Assembly: GCA_963807605.1 (NCBI GenBank)
Contig: CAWECG010000001.1
Span: 1 to 64,000 of the forward strand
Reading direction: 5' to 3'
DNA from: Candidatus Bathyarchaeota archaeon
GTDB lineage: Archaea > Thermoproteota > Bathyarchaeia > 40CM-2-53-6 > RBG-13-38-9
Length of the DNA stretch: 64,000 nucleotides
Positions 47,859 through 57,227 of this stretch are shown one piece after another. A program made the translations under genes and the position numbers. Positions within the stretch are counted from its first letter, which is position 1; each line of letters opens with the position of its first letter. Under the pieces are notes generated by a model. The model ran no database searches. It was not told the DNA's origin and saw nothing but the letters and a program-made list of their open reading frames with translations.

Positions 47859-49622
47859 TTGTCGTTTGACTCAGCGGTTGAATTTGCCCTTACGGCCGAG
47901 GACGAGTACTCAGACGTCTTCAACGATCTAAAGTCACAGATCGAAGCGCTCAGCGGAGACATCACCGTCGGCATCACCGCGGATACAAGCGCCCTCGACG
48001 ACGTCAAGTCCGCGATCGCTGAGTTAAGCGGAGCCAGCGAAATCGATATTCCCGTCAACGTGACAGGTGACGCTTCGGACCAGATCTCTACTATCTCCGC
48101 CGACGTCGCAAACCTAAGCGGGCAAACGGCCGACATCACCGTGAACGTTGATGATGAAGCCTCAACAACACTGGCCGATCTTCAATCACAAGTGGACGCT
48201 CTTTCCAGCGGCGCCACTATTGGCGTCTCTACAACGGGCGGCGTGGGAGCCGCGGCGGGCGGGGTTGGGGGTCTTGGTGAGGCAGCGGCTGGCGCTGGAG
48301 GCGCTGGCTTACTTGCCGCCGCTGGGCCTATCGGGGTTGCTGTTGGCGCGGTAGTCGGCGCCGGCGCTGCTCTTAGCAGCGTGTCTGGTCAAGCCGCCAC
48401 GGCGCAAGACTCTATAACCCGGCTTCAACTTGCCGTTACAAATTCTGGCACTGCATGGTCTGACGTCGCCGATAAGACGAACGCCTACATTACAACATTG
48501 TCAGAGGCTACGGGTGTCAGTCACACCGCAATCGAAAGTACGGCCGCCGACCTTCTGTTGATGGGCATGAACTATACGACCGCGATGGGTACCGTCGCCA
48601 GCGCTCTTGACCTCGCCGCCGCGAAGCAGATCGACGTTGAAACCGCCGCGAACATGTTGGGCAAGGCGTGGGAGGGCAACTACACGATCCTGACCCGGTA
48701 TGGGATCGTGGTCGACGCGGCTACTAAGAAGACTGGCGACTGGGGCGCAATCCTCGACATCGTCGAACAACACTTCAAGGATGCCGCGGTCACAATGGGA
48801 GACACATTCAGCGGTGAGATGGGGAAGGCGACTAATGCGTGGAACGCCTTCCAGTCAACAATCGGTTCTGGAATAAACTGGTTAGGAAGCACGGTAATTA
48901 CTGGCCTTATGAGCGTATTTGGACTGGGTGGTGCACCTTCAACGGCACCGTCAATCGCGGGTCAGCCTATGCAGGGGATGGCCGCCCAGACCGCTCTCAG
49001 CACACTTGCAACCGAGCCCGCCGCCACGGTAACGACTCCCCTCGCAACAACGGCGAAGGCAACCGTTGACACCGCCGCTACGGTTCAGAACTTGATGACT
49101 CAGACGCAGTATCAATCGGACCTAATTGCTCAGCAGACCGCGGCCGTGTCAGACCTCTCAGGTAATCTTGAAAGATTCGTCACGACGGCGCCCACGCCTA
49201 CCGTCGCCGCCGCGGGATCGTCGAGTTGGCAACACGCCCAGGGCGGAGGCATTATTCCTAGGATGTCTGGGAAGGGCACACCTATACTCGCCGCGGAACA
49301 GGAGCCGGAAGCAATCGCGCCAATATCAGACCTTCAATCAATGATGGAACAGTGGGGCGCCAGCCTCGTCGGCAAGATCGCTCCGAGCCACTTCGGCACC
49401 TCGCCGAATATTCCGGTTCCAGCGCCGGGGCACTTTGGTTCTTCGCCGAATATTGGTGTTCAACCCGGCGGCCAGCAGACGCAGAAGGTTGAGCATACCT
49501 TTACGATCAATGTGCGTGGAGCCACAACGACTGACCTTCAGTTTGCTAATCAGGTGGCGAAGCAGCTCTCACAACTGAATGCTTTGAAAGGTACAAGTGG
49601 GAGGTCGTGGTCAAACGCATAA
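47859..49622 (+). CDS. Tape measure protein
   Basis: Ala/Gly/Thr-rich helical protein; ALDLAAA...LGKA; C-terminal GGII...AEQEPEAIAP. Confidence 0.85.
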   Translation: MSFDSAVEFALTAEDEYSDVFNDLKSQIEALSGDITVGITADTSALDDVKSAIAELSGASEIDIPVNVTGDASDQISTISADVANLSGQTADITVNVDDEASTTLADLQSQVDALSSGATIGVSTTGGVGAAAGGVGGLGEAAAGAGGAGLLAAAGPIGVAVGAVVGAGAALSSVSGQAATAQDSITRLQLAVTNSGTAWSDVADKTNAYITTLSEATGVSHTAIESTAADLLLMGMNYTTAMGTVASALDLAAAKQIDVETAANMLGKAWEGNYTILTRYGIVVDAATKKTGDWGAILDIVEQHFKDAAVTMGDTFSGEMGKATNAWNAFQSTIGSGINWLGSTVITGLMSVFGLGGAPSTAPSIAGQPMQGMAAQTALSTLATEPAATVTTPLATTAKATVDTAATVQNLMTQTQYQSDLIAQQTAAVSDLSGNLERFVTTAPTPTVAAAGSSSWQHAQGGGIIPRMSGKGTPILAAEQEPEAIAPISDLQSMMEQWGASLVGKIAPSHFGTSPNIPVPAPGHFGSSPNIGVQPGGQQTQKVEHTFTINVRGATTTDLQFANQVAKQLSQLNALKGTSGRSWSNA

Positions 49623-51318
49623 CTATCAAGTTCTAATTGGCTCAGTGTATTATCAGCCTACCTCTGTCAGGATAAATGCTGAACTTTCTTCAGCTCCTTG
49701 GACTTTCGAAATTGACTTCCCAGAGTATCCTACTGGTCTTCGCAGTTCTGACATGATTGATGTTTACAGGGATGGTAAGGACATCTTCACTGGACAGGTT
49801 TTGCTTCCCACTCAGAACTTTGATATTAAACGCGGCTGGAAGCTCACTGGAATAGACCGCACTAATTTTCTTTTGAAGAACAGCACCTACGCTGTTAGGG
49901 CCAACGTGAATCAGGAGCCTAAGACAATCATCCAGTCAGCCACGTCTTATTCTGGTGTGGGCAATGGTGCTCAGAGTAGCTACGGCGCTGCTGTTGATGT
50001 TCGCGTCGACTGGAACCAGTGTATAGACGTTGTGAGCCAGCTCACAGGCAGAGTCGGCTGGGAGACTCTTGTTCATCCGGTTGCTAATACTCTCGACTTC
50101 GCAAACCAAGTTGGCTCTGATAAGAGTGCTGCCATCCGTTTCAAGACGGGGGAGAATTGCACTCTAGCAAACTACCAGGATAGACGGGATGCAGTCGTCA
50201 ACAGGGTTTGGATGAAGGGGAAGGGAACTAGCGACGCTAATGAGATTGTTCTCGCGTCTCCCTACTACATTGAGGATGTTCCCAGTCAAGGAGTTTATGG
50301 GCTGAGGAGCCAGCTCTTTGTTGAGAGGGACATCGACTCTCAAGCTAACTTGCTTCTGCGAGCTCAGTCTTTGCTTGCCAAGCTGAAGATTTCTTGGCCA
50401 GTCTACACCATCAACGTGAAGGAGCCTCGTCTTGGCGATATTACTGCTCTCTACTGGATCGGGGATACTGTAGCCTTTGCTTGTTCTGAGATGGCGATTT
50501 CAGGAGACTACCGAATTAATCGCCTTGGCATTATCTGGGATGAGCATGGGGAAATCATTGACATGGATCTCAACAAGATGGGTTTGGCTTTTCAGGACTT
50601 GGCTGAGACTGAGAAGAGTTATCTCATTGGCTTGTACGGTCCTCAGATATTTGCTGAGATGGCTGGCATAAGCAATACGGGCAGTGACACAGGAAATTCT
50701 AACGTGAGCGGGGCCACAGGAAACTCGAACACCGGCCACTCTACAGGAAACTCAAACGCAGGATCTTCAACCGGAGATTCAAACGTCACCAACAGCGACA
50801 GCGATTCAACTACGGGAGCTGGAGGAGCTGTTTCAAGCGGCAACGTGACTCAGGCTGGCGCTTCCAGTGTAGCTGTGAACTGGCCTACTCTTGGTGGTGG
50901 AGATTCGTGTGGGTACTGGGGAAACTTGTCTAGTCCCACGAATCAGGGAAATTGCTATCTTGAGGATGTTAATGCTGGACCTTCTATTCGCTGGCAGACT
51001 CAACGGTTGGACACTGCTTCAAGGTTAACCGGATACTCTTTTGAGAATACTTACAGGGGAGGTCACACAGCTCAGTTTGGAACTGATACGGGAACTGCTA
51101 CTTTGACGCTCACTGTAAACTCTTACGCTTATATTGTGTCTACTCACACTCACCCTGTCACCAGTCCAACGCATAATCATACTCTGAATTCTCCATCTCA
51201 CACACATACCGTGACGGATCCCACCCACACGCACACAGTCTCAGACCCAACTCACACTCACGCTGTCTCGGATCCCACTCATACTCATGCCGTGTCTGAT
51301 CCAACTCATACTCATTAG
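49597..51318 (+). CDS. Baseplate hub-like protein with a C-terminal His-x-His needle
   Basis: Hub-like N-terminus; 9-aa-period TGNSN repeats and seven HxH repeats. Confidence 0.7.
   Translation: MGGRGQTHNYQVLIGSVYYQPTSVRINAELSSAPWTFEIDFPEYPTGLRSSDMIDVYRDGKDIFTGQVLLPTQNFDIKRGWKLTGIDRTNFLLKNSTYAVRANVNQEPKTIIQSATSYSGVGNGAQSSYGAAVDVRVDWNQCIDVVSQLTGRVGWETLVHPVANTLDFANQVGSDKSAAIRFKTGENCTLANYQDRRDAVVNRVWMKGKGTSDANEIVLASPYYIEDVPSQGVYGLRSQLFVERDIDSQANLLLRAQSLLAKLKISWPVYTINVKEPRLGDITALYWIGDTVAFACSEMAISGDYRINRLGIIWDEHGEIIDMDLNKMGLAFQDLAETEKSYLIGLYGPQIFAEMAGISNTGSDTGNSNVSGATGNSNTGHSTGNSNAGSSTGDSNVTNSDSDSTTGAGGAVSSGNVTQAGASSVAVNWPTLGGGDSCGYWGNLSSPTNQGNCYLEDVNAGPSIRWQTQRLDTASRLTGYSFENTYRGGHTAQFGTDTGTATLTLTVNSYAYIVSTHTHPVTSPTHNHTLNSPSHTHTVTDPTHTHTVSDPTHTHAVSDPTHTHAVSDPTHTH
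51142..51315 (+). repeat. 27-bp period tandem repeat encoding (V-S-D-P-T-H-T-H-x)
   Basis: Seven HxH units read from the translation. Confidence 0.9.
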
Positions 51319-51327
51319 GTGACTTGA

Positions 51328-51753
51328 ATGCCAATAGTGAAAATGGGATTAACTCCAAGCATCCGGGCTCTTCCAATGACTACTGAGTCTGATCCCTACA
51401 CGAATCCTGAAGAGTTCGAACCTGTAACCACTGAACACAATGAGGTAGTGATAGTATTTGATAATATGCCGGAGGCTAGAGCTTTCTTCAATGATGTTCT
51501 CAAGGATGGTTCCGTACTTCCAGAGCAACCATTCGCAGCAGGCCTTAGACGATTGACTCTTGAGCAGAGCGATCCTGTTGTCGTCATGGTAGTATTCGCC
51601 AGAGAAAAATACGCAGCAAATTATCTTCTGCAACAGAGCGAGGGAAAATACAAGGGTGACGTCAAGAGGTTTATCACTGTCAGGAAAGGCGGGGACTTGT
51701 CTGAGGGTGAAACATTGTCGCTGAAAACTCTTAATTTCATGGCTGGGAGGTGA
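51328..51753 (+). CDS. Hypothetical tail-region protein
   Basis: GGTGA RBS. Confidence 0.6.
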   Translation: MPIVKMGLTPSIRALPMTTESDPYTNPEEFEPVTTEHNEVVIVFDNMPEARAFFNDVLKDGSVLPEQPFAAGLRRLTLEQSDPVVVMVVFAREKYAANYLLQQSEGKYKGDVKRFITVRKGGDLSEGETLSLKTLNFMAGR

Positions 51754-51757
51754 GAGA

Positions 51758-52003
51758 GTGACAGAGAAATCACCGCCAAAGATTCAGGTCCTCTTCCGTG
51801 ACGTCATAGAAGATACTCTCAGCCTTACCATTCGATTTAACTATCCCAAAGGTGTCTCCGTCGAGAAGGTCTTCAACTGGCCCGTGATCGGGAACAAGGC
51901 CGAGATTGACATGAGCCTTCGAAGGCTTTGGGAGCAGTACAGGCCCGACAAGATGAAGATGAATCCTTTGGACATCGAAGATATTACTTGGGAAGATAAG
52001 TAG
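51758..52003 (+). CDS. Hypothetical tail-region protein
   Basis: GGAGGTGA RBS. Confidence 0.6.
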   Translation: MTEKSPPKIQVLFRDVIEDTLSLTIRFNYPKGVSVEKVFNWPVIGNKAEIDMSLRRLWEQYRPDKMKMNPLDIEDITWEDK

Positions 52004-52420
52004 ATGACAAACACTATTGGCAGCCTGAATATCTCTGTCGTAACTGACGTGCAGAGAGCTAGGTCGCCACTCTTCGAGTCGCTGAGGATTCCTAGCGGAG
52101 AGACTCTTTACCCGTATGCTGGCGCACCTTCTCGAAGTTGGACTGTGAAGGCTTCCCTCATCAGCGCAACAGTTTTTGATGACTATGCGGCCTTGGAGAA
52201 TATGGAAGCTAGCGCCGTCCCTTACTACTACAATCTCTATGTGTCCTGGGCTGCCCAGCAATGGCAGGGCTTCGGGAAGATATCAGATCTTAAACTGGAC
52301 TCCGTGGCTCCATCTAACAGGATTGATTGCAGCTTCACTCTTAACGAGGTTCCAAGCTGGGGAAGAACATATATGAGTACTCCTGGAAAACAGGCGTATT
52401 TCTCTGATCTTGATTTCTAG
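52004..52420 (+). CDS. Distal-tail-like beta protein; may be fused to the next ORF by a frameshift
   Basis: Beta pattern ending FTLNEVP; next frame is open from 52414. Confidence 0.55.
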   Translation: MTNTIGSLNISVVTDVQRARSPLFESLRIPSGETLYPYAGAPSRSWTVKASLISATVFDDYAALENMEASAVPYYYNLYVSWAAQQWQGFGKISDLKLDSVAPSNRIDCSFTLNEVPSWGRTYMSTPGKQAYFSDLDF

Positions 52421-52548
52421 GGCAGATAGAGGATATTCTCTCTCCTGCGTGGGCTAAACACAACTACTCAATTGATAGAGTTAACAAGAACATTAGCTGG
52501 GAGTTTATTCTTCAAAATCAGCTTGAGGAGACAGCGAGCGCTATTCTT

Positions 52549-54069
52549 ATGAATGATGATTCTGATCCTGATGGATACTGGGGCACTTTCTCTAGTGGTT
52601 CTGGCAGCCTAGGTGTTCCAACTCTCTCTGATGAGACGGCTTTCGTGGCAAGAGATGTGAACTCTCTAAAGATTGTTCCTGCAGCAGGCGCTTTCGGTGT
52701 TGTCGGGGTCGAACACACCTATGGAGGAAATCAGGATTGGTCGGCTGCAGACTTTCTCGGTTTCTGGTGGTATGGTAGTGGTTCAGGTGTTACTATAACC
52801 GTTGCTATATACTCGCCTGACTCAAGCAACTATTCTTCCTCAAGTTTCGTAGATAATTTCTATGGCTACCGCCGTTTTATTATTCCTCTGAGGTACTTCT
52901 CAAGCACAGGATCTCCTTCTTTGTCAACAGTGAAAGAAGTCATATTTTCTTGGACTGTTAATCCAGGCACTATCTATCTTGATCGTGTTGTTGCTGATGC
53001 AGGAACTTGGATCAATTTCGAGAGCCAGCTTCCAGATCGTGTTAAGATGCCCAGTGCGTCTGGAATATCTCTCTACAGTTGGAACGGGTCCGAATACAAT
53101 GTGGTGGATGCTGCCGATATTTATACCAAGTTGCTTTGTCCTTTTGATATTGACTATTCAGACTTCACAGGAGTTCACACGCTCACGAATACCAACTGCT
53201 CTATAAGCTCCTCTATCAAGAAGTTTGGTGCTGGAAGCTGTTACTTCGATGGTACAGCAGCCTTAACAATTTCACCTTACGCAGATATGCAACTTGGATC
53301 AAGTGATTGGACCATTGAGACTTGGGCGTATTTCCCGGTTGTGCCTGCTACTTGGGGAAAAATCTTTGCACAGGGCATTATTGCTAATAGTCTTGTTATG
53401 GGGATGTTTGGGTGGAATGACGTCTATAAGCTTTTCACAAATCTCTATGTGGGTAGCTCAAACATATTTACCACAATGAGTAGTTCCTTCTCCCTATCAA
53501 CGAATACATGGTATCATATTCGATTTGTGAGACAGGGCAGTAACTGGTATCAATTCTTCAACGGCTTTCTCGTTGGCGCGATAACAAACGCGACAGCCGT
53601 GCCTACTATGACTTATCCGCCCACGATTGGAGCGTGGCTCTGGAATGGATCAACCCTTGAAGATTTCATAACTGCATATCTAGATGATTACCATGTAACC
53701 TTTGTTGCTCTAAGCACGACAGATTATACTCCTCCAACATCTCCATGTGTTTACAGCCCTGGGGGATTCTATTTTTTGGACGGCAGCAAATCGGTGAATG
53801 TCTATTCAGGCACTTCCGGTATCAAAAGGTTCATGCCTAATGTGCTGGGTGCTACCGCGTATGGTGAAAGTCCTGACGCGGCCAGTTCTCTAGTCTACAC
53901 AAACAAGATGGGATGCAAGAACAGGTTTGGGTTGAGCGTTAAAATGCCTCCTGCAACATTCGATGGCTTGTATAATGCATTAGATGCTTCAGGCGCTCTG
54001 GCGTTGAACAAAACCCAGTTGAAAATCGTCGCTAGTTATGAGGATGATTCCACTACATGGGTTGATTGA
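52549..54069 (+). CDS. Tail adhesin with carbohydrate-binding and LamG/concanavalin-like domains
   Basis: DWSAADFLGFWWYG; KFGAGSCYFDG, DWTIETW, NTWYHIRFVR, YLDD. Confidence 0.75.
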   Translation: MNDDSDPDGYWGTFSSGSGSLGVPTLSDETAFVARDVNSLKIVPAAGAFGVVGVEHTYGGNQDWSAADFLGFWWYGSGSGVTITVAIYSPDSSNYSSSSFVDNFYGYRRFIIPLRYFSSTGSPSLSTVKEVIFSWTVNPGTIYLDRVVADAGTWINFESQLPDRVKMPSASGISLYSWNGSEYNVVDAADIYTKLLCPFDIDYSDFTGVHTLTNTNCSISSSIKKFGAGSCYFDGTAALTISPYADMQLGSSDWTIETWAYFPVVPATWGKIFAQGIIANSLVMGMFGWNDVYKLFTNLYVGSSNIFTTMSSSFSLSTNTWYHIRFVRQGSNWYQFFNGFLVGAITNATAVPTMTYPPTIGAWLWNGSTLEDFITAYLDDYHVTFVALSTTDYTPPTSPCVYSPGGFYFLDGSKSVNVYSGTSGIKRFMPNVLGATAYGESPDAASSLVYTNKMGCKNRFGLSVKMPPATFDGLYNALDASGALALNKTQLKIVASYEDDSTTWVD

Positions 54070-55424
54070 ATCTGGCTTTTCCTAGAGTTTCAAGGCCTAT
54101 GGGAGGCGGCATATTCCTTGGAGGGCCTCAAAGTAGTAGTTACATAGTGCAGGCTTTAGGTGATGTTGTCACGGCTTATCCAATGTCTGGAACTGGTTTG
54201 GAGTCTTTTGAAGGAGACACTCACACAGTCATTCAAGGATGCATTGATGCTGTTGCTGAGGTTGGTGGAGGAACAATTTTACTTCTTAAAGCTCGTTATC
54301 CTGCGCTCTCTGAAGGACTTCTAATCAACAATCGACACATTAGAATCTCTGCGGAGATTGGCACTATTCTTCAAGGATCGGTGATGCCTTTGCTAGAGGT
54401 TCTGGGGAACGGAATGGATCTTCCAAAGGAAGATGAGGTCATAAACGACGTTCAGGTTCTAGGGTTTCCTGAGTTTCTCTACACTGGCTCAGTTCAAACT
54501 GGGAAGGTAGTGAATATTCATGGAGGCATTTCATCGGACAATCGTTTTCAAGGGCCCATTATCTTCAACCTGATTACGAGATATTGTCCTTCTGGTACTG
54601 ACCAAAACACACAGATGGATGTTCCAACAGATGAAACCTTTGTAGGATTTAATCTGGAAGATTGTGTGGGTGCACATATCTGTTTTTCAACAGATTTCTT
54701 TGGAACAGGGTACAGGTATGGAGGAGGAGGGATATGGCAGGGAAGTCACAATGTATACACTCAATGCATGATCGGATACTGCAAACGTGGTGTATGGTAC
54801 AACTGGGCAGATACCACTTGTGAAACCTGGATTGCTTTGAAGATAATGCACACGGCCGAATACGCGTTTTATGGCGACTCGGATGGTTATCCGACCCAGT
54901 TGATTATGATTGCTCCACAGGTAGAGATTGCTTTTCTTAATGGGTACAACCTCAGGCCCTCTACTCTGCAAATAACTAATGGAGTGTTCAGCTCGATTTA
55001 TGACAATCCTGCAATAGTTTTTCAAGACTCTTCGACTGGTGCGGACTCTTCAGCTTGGCTTCAACAGAATAGTTTTTGGAACTGTCCTGCGGGGGCGATA
55101 AAAACTGCCTCTCCAACTTTTCTATGGGGTAATCAATACTCTGGCACTACCCCTGCTGCTCCTGTGATTTTGAATGGAGCATACGGCAAAATAATTCCCG
55201 CCTCGTTTGATTTGGGATATGTCATCGTCAATGCTGGAAATAGTATAGGAACTGGAGCTCAGCAAACAATTGCTCATGGACTATCAGCCATCCCCACCGC
55301 GGTCTACTTCAGTGACATAGACCTTGAAGCAGGACCTTACCAGTCAGCAGTCGCCGACGCGGCGAACATCTACATAACCGCTGTGTCAGGGAAGAACTAC
55401 CGTTGGAAGGCTGTGATCGAGTAG
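54066..55424 (+). CDS. Beta-helix (pectate-lyase-like) tailspike
   Basis: VIQGCIDAV...GGGTILL start motif; C-terminal TIAHGLSAIP. Confidence 0.7.
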   Translation: MNLAFPRVSRPMGGGIFLGGPQSSSYIVQALGDVVTAYPMSGTGLESFEGDTHTVIQGCIDAVAEVGGGTILLLKARYPALSEGLLINNRHIRISAEIGTILQGSVMPLLEVLGNGMDLPKEDEVINDVQVLGFPEFLYTGSVQTGKVVNIHGGISSDNRFQGPIIFNLITRYCPSGTDQNTQMDVPTDETFVGFNLEDCVGAHICFSTDFFGTGYRYGGGGIWQGSHNVYTQCMIGYCKRGVWYNWADTTCETWIALKIMHTAEYAFYGDSDGYPTQLIMIAPQVEIAFLNGYNLRPSTLQITNGVFSSIYDNPAIVFQDSSTGADSSAWLQQNSFWNCPAGAIKTASPTFLWGNQYSGTTPAAPVILNGAYGKIIPASFDLGYVIVNAGNSIGTGAQQTIAHGLSAIPTAVYFSDIDLEAGPYQSAVADAANIYITAVSGKNYRWKAVIE

Positions 55425-56374
55425 TGGAAATCTCAGTTAATCTCTATGATCAGAGCCAGCTTCAGTATCTTCCAGCATTAGCAGGGAAGATTCAAACTGT
55501 CATCTGGTACGGCCCGATAAGCAGCCAAGCCGCCGACGCCATCCACAACCATGGATTTCAGGTCTTCTACGCCTGCGATGCTCTCCGAGCCTGCAACACT
55601 TGGACCCTAGACGGTGTGACGCTCAACCCAAAGTGGTGCCAGTACGACTCCACAAGCAAGCAGTCATTCATCACGGATCAAAATGGTTACTGCTCCGCGC
55701 TCCCATGTGGCGCCGGAGGAACAGAAGCATGGTTCAGTCCACTCGGCCCCTTCACTTTCCGCGTCACAATTCCAAGAGTGAACTCGACAATTCAAGCGGG
55801 CTTCGATGGAATCTTCCTGATGAGCTTCAACCTCTGGCGAGATGATGGCGCGATGTCAGGCGGTGCTTGTGCTAACCCGGACTGGACTATGCCGATCAAG
55901 AATCAAGTCTACAGCTGCATCGCGGACTGGCAGCAGTTCCGCAAGGTCCAGATCGCGGACATGGCCAGCAGGATAAGCCAAGCCGCGAGGAGTAGCGGCC
56001 TCAAGGTTTGGTACAATGATGACAACATCTACATGCGGTTGTGGCCCGACGTCGTCAGACTTCGAGAAAGATTCGCCAGCAACCTCTCAGGAATGCAATC
56101 CTTCGCGGATGGCTATGTTTTTGAGTGGCTTGGAACCCCAGAGGACAACGCGATCGTTGACCATGTAACATTTCAGCAGGAGATTGACCAGGCGGTCAAC
56201 TGCATTCAGAACGCTAGGCAGGGCGACTCAATAGGCAAGCCGATAACGCTCATCGCCATAACCGGGCGCCAGGACGTCTACGACTATCTTCTCGCGAAGG
56301 CGTCTCAAAACACCTTCAACGTCTGGACTAGCTGGCGGTTCCTAGCCGGACTGCCGACGCCGCCCTACGCCTAA
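55424..56374 (+). CDS. Glycoside-hydrolase-like TIM-barrel protein (probable GTG start 55424)
   Basis: IHNHGFQVFY, GFDGIFL, WQQFR, ADGYVFE. Confidence 0.55.
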   Translation: MEISVNLYDQSQLQYLPALAGKIQTVIWYGPISSQAADAIHNHGFQVFYACDALRACNTWTLDGVTLNPKWCQYDSTSKQSFITDQNGYCSALPCGAGGTEAWFSPLGPFTFRVTIPRVNSTIQAGFDGIFLMSFNLWRDDGAMSGGACANPDWTMPIKNQVYSCIADWQQFRKVQIADMASRISQAARSSGLKVWYNDDNIYMRLWPDVVRLRERFASNLSGMQSFADGYVFEWLGTPEDNAIVDHVTFQQEIDQAVNCIQNARQGDSIGKPITLIAITGRQDVYDYLLAKASQNTFNVWTSWRFLAGLPTPPYA

Positions 56375-56387
56375 GTTCTGCTCAGTT

Positions 56388-57227
56388 TTAACCTGTTAGC
56401 GGATGCTCTCTCTTTCTCAACACCGAAACTGCAAGAACTACTACTATCAGCACAGGCATGACTTGCGGGAGTTCAGGGATTGGCTGTCCAGCATCCAGCC
56501 ATAAGGTGTGAAAAACAGTCGCCACCGCGTTTGCCGCCAGATTAAGGCTTACCCCTACTCGGGTCTTGAACTGGGGATCACTCCAGTTGTAGTGAGTATC
56601 CATCCACGTCGCATTAGGTGGCACAAACATAGTGTTGTATGCTAGTTCTAGAGTCGCTTGATAAGCCGTTGTGTGGTTAAGCGGTCCCATCACCATGATC
56701 GACTGGTCAAACATGGATTGGTGGTCGTTGACGTAGGTTTCATAGTCTTCATGATGCTTCTCAACACCCCACGGCGTATTCGCTCCCATAACGTGGCCCC
56801 AAACTGCCATGTCAGAAATATAGTGGCTTACGGCTCCGGCAACCATGACCCCGCCGGAAAAGTTGCCTTTCTTTAGTAGAGCTAGTGCTTCGTTGTAGGT
56901 CTCGTTGGCTCTTCTAGCAGATGAGTCGTCAGTTACTTGGTGTTTCTCATTAAAATACACGTGGTGGTTGAATTGGTCACCGTAGCCGCCCATGTTCTTC
57001 GGCCGGTCCGGCAATTCTGTACCGTAATACAACCAGTTGATGTTATTCTTGAAAATTGCAGTCTCACTGACAGGCAGAAGTAGAATTGCTTTCTCAGCTA
57101 TCCAGTCGTGTGTGCCCATAGCGGGATGGGAAGGTGAGGTGGACCAGCCGCCGTTGCTCCAAGCATAGACAGGAGTCCCGTAAGTTAAGAATAAGATTAT
57201 GATAGAAAAGACTGCGAGGCTCTTCAA
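56388..57227 (-). CDS. Secreted Zn-dependent phospholipase C/S1-P1-fold enzyme with PEF-CTERM-like anchor
   Basis: Signal peptide then W; THDWI, ELPD, HH, HYISD, HEDYE; C-terminal IPE-TM-RKR. Confidence 0.85.
   Translation of the reverse strand: MKSLAVFSIIILFLTYGTPVYAWSNGGWSTSPSHPAMGTHDWIAEKAILLLPVSETAIFKNNINWLYYGTELPDRPKNMGGYGDQFNHHVYFNEKHQVTDDSSARRANETYNEALALLKKGNFSGGVMVAGAVSHYISDMAVWGHVMGANTPWGVEKHHEDYETYVNDHQSMFDQSIMVMGPLNHTTAYQATLELAYNTMFVPPNATWMDTHYNWSDPQFKTRVGVSLNLAANAVATVFHTLWLDAGQPIPELPQVMPVLIVVVLAVSVLRKREHPLTG

Noticed and set aside
45751-49622. Contractile (myovirus) tail
   Set aside because: No sheath or baseplate wedge gene was recognised; the two tube-like genes are paralogues.
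50671-51315. CRISPR array or DGR template/variable repeat
   Set aside because: The repeats are in-frame coding repeats with synonymous variation and no spacers; no reverse transcriptase or cas gene was seen in the window.
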